Assembly (NCBI GenBank): GCA_951406725.2
Contig: OX597815.1
Location: 180,482,001-180,546,000, forward strand
Length of the DNA stretch: 64,000 nt
Direction of reading: 5' to 3'
From: Octopus vulgaris
Lineage: Eukaryota
This document shows, in pieces, positions 63,521-64,000 of the stretch. The translations under genes were made by a program, and so were the position numbers. The notes beneath the pieces were generated by a model. The model had not been told where the DNA came from and searched no databases. It saw only the letters and a program-made list of their open reading frames with translations. Numbering within the stretch: position 1 is the first letter of the stretch; the number at the start of each line of letters is the position of its first letter.

Positions 63521-64000
63521 AAGCAGTTACCCCTTTGTACACTTAAGCTAACACTTACACACACACACAGGCACATATAGAAAATCATCTCACTTATGCA
63601 CACACACACACACACACACACTCACAAACACACGCACACACATACCAGGTTGACTTTAAAGTTTTTCGTATTTCAAGCTTTAATTTATAATTCAAACAAA
63701 TTACATACGAAGAGTGTTTATTCATTAAAATGTATTCCATCATATTCTTTGGTCTGTTGCCATCGTTGTGCCAGAAGGGGAATTCCACGTTTACACCATT
63801 TTGGCTGGTGTAGAGGAAAAAGACACTTCCTGCACCCGTTTTGAACCTCGTTCACATTGTTGTACTTCCGTCTGTGCAAAAAATGAGCCATGGCTCAGAA
63901 AAGGTGGTAATCTAATGATGCAAGTTCTAGACTGTAACACAGAGGGGACAAACAAGGACAGACATAGGTATTAAGACTGTAAGCAGGGTGAGACAGCATT

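Overview
AT-rich, repeat-dense eukaryotic DNA whose SINE/LINE/microsatellite complement is typical of an Octopus (coleoid cephalopod) genome; the taxon is inferred from repeat families. The only host gene seen is the 5' end of a minus-strand CLC chloride/proton antiporter, most likely CLCN7: coding exons 19628-19723, 3855-3920 and 1500-1565, a 5'UTR exon above 19874, and CLEAR/M-box motifs upstream; it continues beyond position 1. Positions ~20.3-64 kb look intergenic. The rest is tRNA-derived SINEs (three groups), RTE and CR1/Jockey-group LINE fragments, hAT and piggyBac-like MITEs, four non-autonomous Helitrons, a mariner remnant and microsatellites. Most listed ORFs are microsatellite or repeat artefacts. 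The most notable unannotated layer is about 20 hammerhead-ribozyme (HHR) motifs from roughly ten unrelated short element families with Penelope-type architecture (asymmetric inverted or partial tandem copies, 9-13 bp TSDs or (TA)n targets). These include G3:C8 and A3:U8 core covariants, a tRNA-headed SINE-like element carrying an HHR, and a two-copy structured RNA with the hammerhead strands in scrambled (non-circularly permuted) order. All folds were read by eye and none is experimentally verified; repeat boundaries are approximate unless TSDs are given.
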